From: Bacteroidota bacterium
Lineage (GTDB): Bacteria; Bacteroidota; Ignavibacteria; UBA10030; UBA6906
Direction: 5' to 3'
DNA: 64,000 bases
NCBI GenBank assembly: GCA_030835135.1
Contig: JAUQWO010000076.1
Coordinates: forward strand, 77,102 to 141,101
Shown here: piece by piece, positions 17,274 to 31,637 of the stretch
How the letters are laid out: each line of letters begins with the position of its first letter
Position numbering within the stretch: position 1 is the stretch's first letter
The notes under the pieces: model-generated
What the model was told of the DNA's origin: nothing
Database searches by the model: none
Seen by the model: only the letters and a program-made list of their open reading frames with translations
Made by a program: the position numbers and the translations under genes

Positions 17274-18422
17274 ATGCAGCATATCTATCTTGATCACGCC
17301 GCGACCACGCCGCTCGATCCCCGCGTCCGTGAGGTCATGGAACCATATCTGGGTTCCATGTTCGCGAATGCGTCGTCGGTACACTGGCATGGCCGGCAGA
17401 CCAAGGCCGCGCTCGAGGCGGCCCGTGCAACGGTCGCGCAGGCGATCGGCGCCCACCCGTCCGAGGTCTTCTTCACCAGTGGCGGAACGGAAGCTGACAA
17501 CCTCGCAGTCCTCGGCACCGCGGCCGCGCGGCAGGGAAGGGTCATCACCGCGGCGTCAGAACACCATGCGGTACTGGATGCATGCCTGTATCTCCGTTCC
17601 CGCGGCGCGTCCGTCCACGTTCTTCCGGTGAATGGTGAAGGCACTGTCGATCCCGCCATCGTCGAACGGGAACTTCAGCACGGAGCCGCATGCATATCCG
17701 TGATGCATGCCAACAACGAGGTCGGCACGGTCCAGCCTGTGCGGGAGATCGCTGACCTGGCCGCGGCGTATGGAGCGATCGTCCACACCGATGCCGTCCA
17801 GTCGGTCGGGAAGATCCCTGTTTCCGTGGATGACCTCGGCGTCCATTTGCTCTCGCTCAGTGCCCACAAGTTCTACGGCCCGAAGGGCATCGGTGTTCTG
17901 TATATCCGGCGGGGGGTGGAGGTGGAACCCCTGGTGCATGGGGGCGGACAGGAACGTGGGAAGAGGCCCGGGACCGAGAATGTGGCGATGGCTGTGGGTT
18001 GCGCGGAGGCCCTGCGCCTGGCCGTCGCGGAACGGGAGGAGAGCATGGCACGCCTCGTCCTGTTACGCGACAGACTCGAGCAGGCGCTCACCGGGACGTT
18101 CCCCGCTGCGGTGGTGAACGGGAGCCGGACGAACCGGCTGCCTCAACTTCTCAGCGTTTCGTTCGACGCTGCGCGCGCACCGATGGAAGGTGAGATGCTC
18201 GTGACGAACCTCGACCTCGAGGGGATCTCTGTTTCGAGCGGCTCGGCATGCACCTCCGGCAGTGTGCAGCCGTCGCACGTCCTGCTGGCCATGGGCCGTG
18301 ATCAGGCGACGGCCAAAGCGACCGTGCGGTTCTCGTTCGGCAGCGCGAGTACAGCGGAGGATGTCGACACCGTTCTCAGTGTCATGCAGCGGGTCATCGG
18401 GCGGATGGTCAGGCCCCGCTGA
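17274..18422 (+). CDS. cysteine desulfurase (NifS/IscS family)
   Basis: Class-V aminotransferase. SAHKFYGPKG PLP-lysine motif and SSGSACTS active-site Cys loop. RBS GGAGG. Confidence 0.85.
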   Translation: MQHIYLDHAATTPLDPRVREVMEPYLGSMFANASSVHWHGRQTKAALEAARATVAQAIGAHPSEVFFTSGGTEADNLAVLGTAAARQGRVITAASEHHAVLDACLYLRSRGASVHVLPVNGEGTVDPAIVERELQHGAACISVMHANNEVGTVQPVREIADLAAAYGAIVHTDAVQSVGKIPVSVDDLGVHLLSLSAHKFYGPKGIGVLYIRRGVEVEPLVHGGGQERGKRPGTENVAMAVGCAEALRLAVAEREESMARLVLLRDRLEQALTGTFPAAVVNGSRTNRLPQLLSVSFDAARAPMEGEMLVTNLDLEGISVSSGSACTSGSVQPSHVLLAMGRDQATAKATVRFSFGSASTAEDVDTVLSVMQRVIGRMVRPR

Positions 18423-19323
18423 CCGCGTTGAGCAGGGCGCCATACCGTAACCCACGAACACTCACCTGTACCCGGCTCAGCCCGAAGTGGTCCATCACGG
18501 AACCCAGGATGAGGGTTCCGGCAGCGATCACATCTTCCCGCCCCTCGAAGTACGTTCCCAGTGCCCGTATCTCCTGCGGGGTCATGCCGGCCAGCTGCCG
18601 GAGTGCTCCGGCAACGGCGCGTCGGGTCAGAATGTAGCCGTCCACGATGGTGCGGTCCGCGGTGCGTGACCCGGAGAGATGGGCGGCGAGGGTCGTGGGC
18701 GTCCCTGCAACCGCGTAGGCGGTCCCCTGCGCAAAGTGTTCGGCCGGGATCGTGGCAAGGTGTGACAGGATCTCCGCCTCGGCATCGGCCAGTTCTTCAA
18801 GCCGGGGTGGGGATGAGCGCAGGATCCGTTCGGTGAGCCGCACCGCTCCCACGTCGAGGCTTGTGTGGAACGATGGACTGGTGCCCGCCCCGATGCTCAA
18901 CTCCGTGCTCCCTCCGCCGATATCAATGACCAGCGCGGTCCCTGCCTGCGGTGTTCCGATTACCGTCCCCGCGAACGTCCATGCCGCTTCCTCATTCCCG
19001 CTCAGGACCCGCACGGCCAGTCCGGTCCTGTTCCTGACGGCGTCGATGAACTCCTCCCGGTTCCGTGCATCCCGCACTGCGCTTGTCGCTGTAACGATCG
19101 TCCGGTCCGGATGAAATCGTTCCAAGATGGACCGGTAGGTTGAGAGGACTGCGAGCACGCGGTCCATCGAAGCGGGTGCGAGGCGGCGTGCTGCGTCGAC
19201 CCCCTGTCCCAGGCGGGGTGCCTGCACTTCATCATGGAGGACGTCGATGCGTCCATTGGCGGCGATGGACCCGATCAGCAGGAGGACGGTATTGGTCCCG
19301 ATATCGATCGATGCGACGGTCAT
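18409..19323 (-). CDS. ppx: Ppx/GppA family exopolyphosphatase / guanosine pentaphosphate phosphohydrolase
   Basis: ASIDIGTNTVLLLI N-terminal actin-like motif. 304 aa. Confidence 0.8.
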   Translation of the reverse strand: MTVASIDIGTNTVLLLIGSIAANGRIDVLHDEVQAPRLGQGVDAARRLAPASMDRVLAVLSTYRSILERFHPDRTIVTATSAVRDARNREEFIDAVRNRTGLAVRVLSGNEEAAWTFAGTVIGTPQAGTALVIDIGGGSTELSIGAGTSPSFHTSLDVGAVRLTERILRSSPPRLEELADAEAEILSHLATIPAEHFAQGTAYAVAGTPTTLAAHLSGSRTADRTIVDGYILTRRAVAGALRQLAGMTPQEIRALGTYFEGREDVIAAGTLILGSVMDHFGLSRVQVSVRGLRYGALLNAVSGA

Positions 19324-19333
19324 GGTGTGGCGC

Positions 19334-20176
19334 TCAGCGTGTGGCAGCGAGTGCGATCCATTCGTTCTCGGTGCGCTCCTGGAGGACCGTGAATCCGTGC
19401 GCGTGCAGCGCCGCTGTCATTTCTTCGCGGTCGGTGGTGAGAAGTCCGGCCAGCAGGAGCGTGCCGCCCGTGGCCAGACGAGACCGCATGGCGGGGAGGA
19501 GCGGGATGAGCACATTCCGCTGGATGTTGGCGATGACGAGATCATGCGGTCGGTCCGGCGTGACCGTGATATCGCCTTCGAGGATGGTGATGTGTTCAGC
19601 GACGCCGTTCAGCGCGGCGTTCTCGATCGCATTGTCGTAGGACCATTCGTCGATGTCGCATGCCACGGCGCGGGCCGCCCCGAGCCGGATGGCAGCGATG
19701 GCAAGCACGCCGGTACCGGTGCCGACGTCGAGCACCGTCATGCCCGCACGGGTGTAGTGTTCCACCAGACCGAGGATGAGCCGGGTGCTTTCGTGGTATC
19801 CGGTGCCGAACGACATCTTCGGATCGATCGTCAGGACCAACTCACCCGGGGCGGCCGCGTACACGTGCCACGAAGGTGTGATCACGATGCGGGGGGTGAC
19901 GTGGATGGGCTGGATGGTCTTCTCCCATTCCGCGTTCCAGTTCCGTTCCGCCAGTGCTTGCACATGCATCGGCGGGAGGGGATGGGTGCTGGGGCTGACG
20001 AGCATACCGATGACGGACCGCATCTCTTCCTGGAGCGCCGGTGACCATTTCTGCTCCGGGACGTAACACTTCAGCAGGTCGCCGTCCTCCCAGAATCCTT
20101 CGATCCCCAGCTGCCCGAGCATCGCAATGAGTTGCTGTCGAAGGTCTTCCCCGGCGGGGATCGTGATCTCGATCAT
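19334..20176 (-). CDS. prmA: ribosomal protein L11 methyltransferase
   Basis: VLDVGTGTGVLAIAAIRLGA SAM-binding motif. PrmA N-terminal domain. Confidence 0.85.
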   Translation of the reverse strand: MIEITIPAGEDLRQQLIAMLGQLGIEGFWEDGDLLKCYVPEQKWSPALQEEMRSVIGMLVSPSTHPLPPMHVQALAERNWNAEWEKTIQPIHVTPRIVITPSWHVYAAAPGELVLTIDPKMSFGTGYHESTRLILGLVEHYTRAGMTVLDVGTGTGVLAIAAIRLGAARAVACDIDEWSYDNAIENAALNGVAEHITILEGDITVTPDRPHDLVIANIQRNVLIPLLPAMRSRLATGGTLLLAGLLTTDREEMTAALHAHGFTVLQERTENEWIALAATR

Positions 20177-20177
20177 G

Positions 20178-21143
20178 TCATTTCTTCTGCTTGTAGACGA
20201 CGTGTGTCAGAACGGTTCCCACGGCACCGAGGCTCTCTGCGCTGCAATGCTCGGGGGTGTCCTCATGCGTGTGCCAGTACCGGTGCGTCTGGTCGGGAAA
20301 GTTGAAGTCGATGATGTCGATCGTCTTGATACCCGCTTCGTTCAGAGGGACGTGATCGTCGAGGATCTCGTCGCCGTTCTCATCCACGAACTGGGTGACC
20401 CCGAGCTCGCGGGCGGTACGCCAGACCATGGAGACGATATCGGGGGCATACCGGAAGGAATTCATCTCCCGGGGGATCTCCAGCTGTGCATCGCCCACCA
20501 TGTCCAGGAGGATGCCGAACCGGGGCAGGTAGTCCGCGGGTTTGGTCCTCGCGAAATGCCGGGACCCGAGGAGGTAGAGGTTGTGGTCCGCTTCCTTGCC
20601 ATAGTCTTCGCCGTCCAGGAGCACGATGTCCACCCCGATCTCCGGGGGGGTGGCGTGCAGGAGGGACGCGAGCTCGAGCAGCACTGCGACGCCGCTTGCG
20701 GCATCGTTCGCTCCGAGGATGGGCAGATCGCGTTTCTTCGGATCCTCATCGCGTTCCGCCCGCGGACGCGTGTCCCAGTGCGCGCACAGGAGGATGCGGT
20801 CGCGTTCCTGTGGCCGGAATGAGGCGATGATATTCGTGAGGCGGAGCTTCTCCCTGTTGTACCCGGTCTCCGTGAATTCCTGCAGCCGCACATCGTCCGC
20901 GCTCGCGCGGAGGGTGGCGATGAAGTAGTTCTTGCATGCTTCGTGCCCGGACGAATTGGGGTTCCGGGGGCCAAAGGATGTCTGTTTGAGGAGGTAGGCA
21001 AAGGCCCGTTCTGCATTGAATGCGGGGACTGCGGGTACGGGTGCGTGAGACTGTTGTTGTGTCATCTCGGTACGTTCCTCAGTTCCCGGTCGGGAGCAGG
21101 CCGCGATGCAGCAGAACAGAAGAAGAGGCAGGGATTTCCACAT
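20178..21143 (-). CDS. M28 family peptidase / glutaminyl-peptide cyclotransferase-like lipoprotein
   Basis: Signal and lipobox-like N-terminus (LLLFCCIAAC). M28 metal-ligand pattern (HWDTR...D.ASG...DGED...). Alternative upstream ATG at 21206. Confidence 0.55.
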   Translation of the reverse strand: MWKSLPLLLFCCIAACSRPGTEERTEMTQQQSHAPVPAVPAFNAERAFAYLLKQTSFGPRNPNSSGHEACKNYFIATLRASADDVRLQEFTETGYNREKLRLTNIIASFRPQERDRILLCAHWDTRPRAERDEDPKKRDLPILGANDAASGVAVLLELASLLHATPPEIGVDIVLLDGEDYGKEADHNLYLLGSRHFARTKPADYLPRFGILLDMVGDAQLEIPREMNSFRYAPDIVSMVWRTARELGVTQFVDENGDEILDDHVPLNEAGIKTIDIIDFNFPDQTHRYWHTHEDTPEHCSAESLGAVGTVLTHVVYKQKK

Positions 21144-21294
21144 AGGATTCCATTCGATGGTACGCGTGGGATGCGTCAAAGTACAGAAAACACCCCCGAA
21201 AAGCAAAGCGATGCCGCAACCTTTCCGCGGCGGTCAGCGTCTAAGTGATAAGAGCCCACACCCCAAGAAGCCGTCACATCCAGGAGCGATCCCC

Positions 21295-22203
21295 ATGCAC
21301 AGGATCTTCGCTGTATCCGCTGTTGCCCTCATCATCGGAGTGGCCTGCAGCACAGGCGTTGCGGAAGTCAAGACATTCGAGAAGAAATTCCAGGTCGGGG
21401 CTGGCGGGATGCTCGCCGTCGCAACGGAATCAGGATCGGTCTCGGTGATCGGCGGGTCCGGGTCCGAGGTCGTTGTGTCCGCGCGGATCGAAGGGCGGAG
21501 CAGCGACGTGGCCAAGTTCGTCGTCGATGCCACACAGAACGGCAGCACGGTGGATGTCACGGGAAGGGCTCCCAAGGATTTCTGGCGTTTCCTCCGCGGG
21601 CATGACCTCGATGTACGCTTCACCGTGACGGTGCCCCGTTCGTTCAATGTCCGTCTGCAGACCTCCGGCGGGGACATCACGGTGTCCAGTCTCACCGGCA
21701 AGGTGGAAGGCGAGACCTCCGGTGGCAATGTGTCGATCGATCACGTTGAAGGGTTCTCGAATCTCGGAACGTCCGGAGGGGATATTCGTGTGGAGGCGGT
21801 GAAGGGTGACGTGAAGGCAGAGACGTCGGGCGGCAACGTGAAGGTGAAGAACGTGGTCGGCAATGTGGACGGTGAGACGTCCGGCGGCAATTGTGTCGCC
21901 GAGGATGTCGATGGACGGGTCCATCTCGAAACCTCCGGCGGCAATGTGACGATCAAAGTGCGCGGAGCGAACAAGGGAATCCATGCGGAGACGTCCGGTG
22001 GCAACGTGACGATCATGATCAGCAAGGGTGTCGGAGCGGTGATCGATGCGGGGACGAGCGGTGGTGAGGTGGTCTGCGACCTGCCGGTGATGGTATCCGG
22101 CAAGATCGCAGAGGACCGTGTGAAGGGGACCGTGAACGGGGGCGGTGAAGTGATCTACGCCCATACCTCCGGCGGGAACGTGCAGATCAAGCCGCTGGAT
22201 TGA
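21295..22203 (+). CDS. DUF4097-type beta-strand repeat protein (putative adhesin-like)
   Basis: Signal peptide. At least 8 tandem 'ETSGGN/DV' repeats of about 20 aa. The ORF-track N-terminus (21106) is spurious. Confidence 0.55.
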   Translation: MHRIFAVSAVALIIGVACSTGVAEVKTFEKKFQVGAGGMLAVATESGSVSVIGGSGSEVVVSARIEGRSSDVAKFVVDATQNGSTVDVTGRAPKDFWRFLRGHDLDVRFTVTVPRSFNVRLQTSGGDITVSSLTGKVEGETSGGNVSIDHVEGFSNLGTSGGDIRVEAVKGDVKAETSGGNVKVKNVVGNVDGETSGGNCVAEDVDGRVHLETSGGNVTIKVRGANKGIHAETSGGNVTIMISKGVGAVIDAGTSGGEVVCDLPVMVSGKIAEDRVKGTVNGGGEVIYAHTSGGNVQIKPLD

Positions 22204-22411
22204 ATCACCCATCCGTTGGTTGTGTGTCGTGCCCGGTTCCGTCCCGCAGAGCGGGCCGGGGCCGGGCACGCGCGTGTCCGGGCGGAGAACGAGCGTCGGA
22301 TCGTGAGCAGGGTATCCCGTGGTCGCATCGGGACCTCTGGTTGTCCCTTCCCGTCGTCCACCCGCGCTTGATTGCCGTGCGGATGTTTGTTAGCTTCCAT
22401 CAGCATCCACA

Positions 22412-22768
22412 ATGCGGGAGGTCATCATGTTCTGTCCCGAGTGCAAAGCCGAGTATGTTGATGGCGTCACCACCTGCGCGGGATGCGGTGTCCCGCTCGT
22501 TGCCACGCTTCCTGCGGAACCCGACCATTCCGGTGAGGGCATGGTCCGCGTCCTCACCACCTTCAATGCCGGCGATATCGCCATCGTGGAATCGATCCTC
22601 GACGGGACCGACATCGAGTACTTCATTCACGGCAAGAATTTCAATCAACTGGAACCTCTGGTGCAGCCGGCGCATCTCTACGTTGCGCGGCATCAGGTGA
22701 ATGCGGTCAAGGAGCTTCTGGAACCCGTGCAACTCCGGTTCCTGGGCGTCACGCAGGCCGAGGAGTAA
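22412..22768 (+). CDS. zinc-ribbon plus DUF2007-like (PII-fold) small protein
   Basis: CPECK...CAGCG zinc ribbon, then a roughly 70-aa alpha/beta domain. Confidence 0.35.
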   Translation: MREVIMFCPECKAEYVDGVTTCAGCGVPLVATLPAEPDHSGEGMVRVLTTFNAGDIAIVESILDGTDIEYFIHGKNFNQLEPLVQPAHLYVARHQVNAVKELLEPVQLRFLGVTQAEE

Positions 22769-22777
22769 CAGCTGGGA

Positions 22778-24019
22778 GTGAACGTCCCCCTCGGTGTCCT
22801 GATCGCCGTCTTCCTCCTCATCATGGTCCGCCAGATCGGCCCCGTCCGGTTGCAGATCTGGCAGATCATGGCAGGGGGGGCTTTCGTGGTGCTGTTCTCC
22901 GGATCGATCGGCCCCGTGGATGCGGCCCGCGCGATCGACCTCGATGTGATGCTCTTTCTGTTCGGCATGTTCGTGGTCGGACAGGCACTCGAAGAGAGCG
23001 GGTACCTTGCGCATGTCTCCTACAAGGTGTTCCGGCGGGCCGCGACGAGGGACGCGCTGGTCCTGATGATCGTGACCGGAGCAGGGCTTGCCTCCGCCGT
23101 GCTCATGAACGATACCCTCGCGATCATCGGTACGCCGGTCGTCCTCCTGCTGGCGCGCAAACACGGGATGCGGCCGGCCTTGCTCCTCCTGGCCCTCGCC
23201 TTCGCGGTGACCACGGGCAGCGTGATGAGTCCCATTGGCAACCCGCAGAACCTGTTGGTGGCGGTGCATGGCGGCATTCCCCAGCCGTTCGTGACCTTCC
23301 TTCGATGGTTGCTCCTTCCCACCCTGATCAGTCTCGGTCTCACCGTGGTCATCCTGCGCCGGCTCTATCCGGATGATTTTCACACCGCGGAACTGAAGCA
23401 CTCGCAGGAGCCGATCCATGATCATGATCTTGCCGTGCTCTCCCGCATCTCTCTGGTCAGCGTGGTGGTGCTCATCATGGTGAAGGTCGTCGCGGGTGTC
23501 GTCGGCAAGGGTGATGTCCTCCTCCTGCCGCACATCGCGCTGGGTGCGGCGTTGCCGGTGCTGGTGGGGAGTCCGAAGCGGTGGGGGATCCTGCGCCGGA
23601 TCGACTGGCAGACGCTGGTGTTCTTTGCCGCGATGTTCGTGGTGATGGAGAGTGTGTGGCGGACGGGCTTCTTTCAGGGGCTGCTGGCACAGGCGGAGGT
23701 GGACCTCCGGTCAACGGCGATGATCCTCGGGGTCGGGGTCCTGCTCAGTCAACTGATCTCGAACGTGCCGCTCGTTGCTCTGTTTCAGCCGCTGATGCTG
23801 CATACGGGGGCCGGGGTGCCGGAACTGATGGCCCTGGCGGCAGGGAGTACCCTCGCCGGGAACCTGTTCATCCTCGGGGCGGCGAGCAACGTGATCATCA
23901 TTCAGAACGCGGAAAAGCGTTCCGGCGCCACGCTCACCTTCCTGGAGTTCGCGCGCGCCGGGATCCCGCTCACTGTCGTTCAGACCCTCGTGTACTGGCT
24001 GTGTTTGCGGTTCCTGTGA
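22778..24019 (+). CDS. ArsB/NhaD/SLC13 (CitMHS) superfamily anion permease
   Basis: GTG start. About 12 TM helices with an internal repeat. Confidence 0.6.
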   Translation: MNVPLGVLIAVFLLIMVRQIGPVRLQIWQIMAGGAFVVLFSGSIGPVDAARAIDLDVMLFLFGMFVVGQALEESGYLAHVSYKVFRRAATRDALVLMIVTGAGLASAVLMNDTLAIIGTPVVLLLARKHGMRPALLLLALAFAVTTGSVMSPIGNPQNLLVAVHGGIPQPFVTFLRWLLLPTLISLGLTVVILRRLYPDDFHTAELKHSQEPIHDHDLAVLSRISLVSVVVLIMVKVVAGVVGKGDVLLLPHIALGAALPVLVGSPKRWGILRRIDWQTLVFFAAMFVVMESVWRTGFFQGLLAQAEVDLRSTAMILGVGVLLSQLISNVPLVALFQPLMLHTGAGVPELMALAAGSTLAGNLFILGAASNVIIIQNAEKRSGATLTFLEFARAGIPLTVVQTLVYWLCLRFL

Positions 24020-24031
24020 CCGCCGCACACT

Positions 24032-25498
24032 TCAGTCGATCTTCCGCAATCCCGCAAGAAGGGCACCGATGGCGTCCTGCACGGCGCGATACTCGCGTGA
24101 ACTCCCCGCATAGTTCTGCATCATGATCGAGAATGCGAGCCACTCGCCGTCGAGGGTCTTCACGTACCCGGACAGCGCCGTCACGCCACTCAGGGTACCG
24201 GTCTTCGCATGCAGATTTCCCGCCGCGAGGGTCCCCCGCATCCGTCGCCCGATCGTACCATCCACGCCGGCGATCGGCAGTGTACGATAGAAGAGTGGGA
24301 AGTGGACGGTGTCCGCATACATCTTCTGCAGGAGTGTGATCGTCGCTGCCGGAGTCGTGAGGTCGTAGCGCGAAAGCCCCGACCCGTCAGCGATCGCGAT
24401 GAGGTTCGTATCGATCCCGGCGGTGGCAAGGAATTGATTCACGACGCGAGCCCCATTTTCGGCGGATCCCGGCACACCGACCGTGCGCGCGGCCAGCACC
24501 TTGAGCATGGTCTCAGCGGTGAGATTGTCGCTCACCTTGTTCATGAACGTGAGCACGGTGTCGATGCGGTGCTCGAAGGTGAAGAGTGGAGGAACTGCCC
24601 CGGCGGCAGAAGAGTCCAGCACGACCCGGCCGGTGGTGGTCACCCCTTGTCTTTGCAGAAGTTCACTGAACACCGTGCCCGCGTAGATCTCGGGCTTCCA
24701 GACGCTGAGCACATCGACGCGTGTACGATCCCTGGGTCCCACCATGCCGGTGACAAGGATCGTGTTGGAACGTTCCATCCAGTTGCGTGTGACCCGGACG
24801 GGGTGGGTGATACTGTCGGCGGTCGTCAGAGCGGTATTCACGACCGGTGTGTACGTGCTCGGGGGGTCGACGGATACGAAGGGCGCCGTGCCGGGGGTGG
24901 GCGATGGCGTGACCTTGACCGTAACGGTATTGAGGTTCAGCATGAGCGGCGACAGGAACATCCCGTACTCCGAGGGTTCCTCGTCCCAGGTCCACCCTGC
25001 ACCCCAGTACAGACTGTCGAACAGCCGCACATTCACTCCGACATCCCAGGAGGAGCCGGGGGGGATAGCTGCTGCGCACATCTTCGCGATCGAGTCCAGA
25101 TCGGCGGTGGAGAGGATCGGATCGCCCCCGCCGGTGATGATGATGCGCTTGCGTGCCGTGTCGGCCGTGACCATCGTGGGGAACGTAGCATCCGTACCCA
25201 GAAGGGTGAGCGCCGCGGCCGAGGTGTAGAGTTTCTGATTGGATGCCGGATTGAACAGCATACGTTCATTCAGGGAGTACAGCTCACGGTTGTTGGTCAG
25301 GGAGACGATCTTCACCCCGACATTGGCCGGGGGGAAGAGTGAATCCGCGAACAACGGGTCCAGTTGCTGTTTCAGGGAAGGCGACGACGCGACGCTCAGA
25401 GAGCTCAACCGCGGTGGCGGTTCCAACGTACTACGGTATGCACCTGTGCAGCCGGCAAGGAGGACCGCGATGAGGAGGACGGAGAGCGGGCGGATCAT
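24032..25498 (-). CDS. dacB: D-alanyl-D-alanine carboxypeptidase/endopeptidase (PBP4, peptidase S13)
   Basis: Lipoprotein signal (LLAGC). SNQK active-site SxxK, SDN and KTG triad motifs. Confidence 0.8.
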   Translation of the reverse strand: MIRPLSVLLIAVLLAGCTGAYRSTLEPPPRLSSLSVASSPSLKQQLDPLFADSLFPPANVGVKIVSLTNNRELYSLNERMLFNPASNQKLYTSAAALTLLGTDATFPTMVTADTARKRIIITGGGDPILSTADLDSIAKMCAAAIPPGSSWDVGVNVRLFDSLYWGAGWTWDEEPSEYGMFLSPLMLNLNTVTVKVTPSPTPGTAPFVSVDPPSTYTPVVNTALTTADSITHPVRVTRNWMERSNTILVTGMVGPRDRTRVDVLSVWKPEIYAGTVFSELLQRQGVTTTGRVVLDSSAAGAVPPLFTFEHRIDTVLTFMNKVSDNLTAETMLKVLAARTVGVPGSAENGARVVNQFLATAGIDTNLIAIADGSGLSRYDLTTPAATITLLQKMYADTVHFPLFYRTLPIAGVDGTIGRRMRGTLAAGNLHAKTGTLSGVTALSGYVKTLDGEWLAFSIMMQNYAGSSREYRAVQDAIGALLAGLRKID

Positions 25499-25630
25499 GG
25501 TACCCTCAGTATCGTTGAAATAGGCGGTGGAATCACAAATTCAGCAACTTTTGGCCGAAATGCAACAGATTGCTTGGCAGTACGAATGTCGTTATATTAC
25601 TCTTCTGCAATCATAACTGTGGTGACGACG

Positions 25631-30040
<4,410 letters not shown>

Positions 30041-31543
30041 CTACCACCCCAGCCGTGCCTGGAGGAAGTACGACCGCGCCTGCACGTAGCTGTCGTGTGC
30101 GTACGCACCGTCGATCTGCAGCACGCGACCGAGGTTCAGCCCCAGCCCCAGCGTCCACTGGCGGTCCGCCATGCCGAGCCGTCCGGCGATCCCGAGCCAC
30201 TGCGCGAATGCATGGAGCCGGTATTCCGTGCCTACCCGCACCCTGTCCACATAGTTATCGTACCGCAGGTCCTGCTTTGCCACATCATGCACATCCAGCG
30301 CGACGTCCCAATCGGGCGTGATCGGGTGGCGTGCGCCGATGCTCACGATGATCGGCATCTGCAATTCGAACGGGGCGTCCACCGTCACCTGCTGCTCGAG
30401 TCCCACCAGCGCCGTGTCCCCGGCAGCGTTCAGGATGACCTGCCCCAGGCCGTCGCGATCGTAGTCGGTTCCGGATGCGGTGAATTTCGCGTTCATGGAT
30501 GAGCGGATCGCGCGGATGGGGAGGAGATTCTGGACCGACAGACCGAGCTCCGTGCCGGTGCGGGGGAGCCGGTACAGTGCGCCGATGTCCACCGTCACGC
30601 CCGTCACGTTTTCCGTGAAGTCCTTCCGCACCTCTCCCAGCAGGTCGTCAAACGTATCGGACGCCACGCGTTTCGTGGAGAAGCGCCGGTTCACGATCTT
30701 CAATGACGCGCCGACACTCAGGTTCTTGTTCAGCTCCATCCCGTAGCCCGCGGACCCGACGATGTCCATGTAGGAGACCGCGAATGCTTTGGGCATGGCC
30801 TCGTCAACGACGATCTCGCCGTCCGGGGTAAGGACGGCATCCAGCACCGTGGACAGCGCGGCGATGCCGCGGGTGATGGCAACGATATCGTCCAGCGTCG
30901 CGGGGAGTTGCACATCGGCGAGTTGTTCCAGAGTGGAACTCTGGAGGACCTGGAAGCCGGACTGGAGTGAGCCATACACCGAGAACCCCCAGTTGCCGAC
31001 CTGCGCGGTGATGGAGGGGATCACGAGCACCCCGTGGGTCTTCGGACTGTTGCTCGGGCCGATCACCGTCTGGAGGAGCTCGCGCGGGAAGCGGAGCCCT
31101 TCCTGGATCCTGCCAAGCGCTGCCAGGCGCGCCGTGTTGGTCGTGGCGGCCTTGTAGGCGTCCACGCCGGCCTTCACATCCTTGAGGAAGAGCGCGTCCT
31201 TGAACTCCCCCATGTGGTCCTTCATGAAGAATAACGCATCGTAGGTCTCCGTCGGCAGGCTGGCCTGAACGCTCGGCACCTCCAGCGCGAAGCGCTTGCG
31301 TGCAAGAAGGGCGGGGTTGTATGACAGCGCGGTGAACGTGGTGCCCATTGCCACCTGTGCGCGGCCCATACCGATCGCTTTCACATCCTCGCGATTCACA
31401 TCGATGGGCATGTTCGTGACGGGTGCCCAGACCGTTCTCGGGCTGAGCTCGACCGTGCGGCTCTGGTAGTAGCCCCCCTGGCTGAAGGCAGGTATGGAAA
31501 GCAGAATGGTGATCCCCCCCACACCGAAGATGGAACGAAGCAT
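30041..31543 (-). CDS. putative outer-membrane beta-barrel protein (unknown family)
   Basis: Signal peptide MLRSIFGVGGITILLSIPAFS|Q. Alternating amphipathic strands. C-terminal ...ARLGW aromatic terminus. The ORF-track N-terminal extension to 31798 is unlikely. Confidence 0.45.
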   Translation of the reverse strand: MLRSIFGVGGITILLSIPAFSQGGYYQSRTVELSPRTVWAPVTNMPIDVNREDVKAIGMGRAQVAMGTTFTALSYNPALLARKRFALEVPSVQASLPTETYDALFFMKDHMGEFKDALFLKDVKAGVDAYKAATTNTARLAALGRIQEGLRFPRELLQTVIGPSNSPKTHGVLVIPSITAQVGNWGFSVYGSLQSGFQVLQSSTLEQLADVQLPATLDDIVAITRGIAALSTVLDAVLTPDGEIVVDEAMPKAFAVSYMDIVGSAGYGMELNKNLSVGASLKIVNRRFSTKRVASDTFDDLLGEVRKDFTENVTGVTVDIGALYRLPRTGTELGLSVQNLLPIRAIRSSMNAKFTASGTDYDRDGLGQVILNAAGDTALVGLEQQVTVDAPFELQMPIIVSIGARHPITPDWDVALDVHDVAKQDLRYDNYVDRVRVGTEYRLHAFAQWLGIAGRLGMADRQWTLGLGLNLGRVLQIDGAYAHDSYVQARSYFLQARLGW

Positions 31544-31637
31544 CGGTCCTCGCGACATGGTTCCTTTCAACCAGCGAAAAATCCGCGACAACTGCAAGCC
31601 GCATCCCTTCTTTGGAGGGAAATCGGTATATTCCCTC

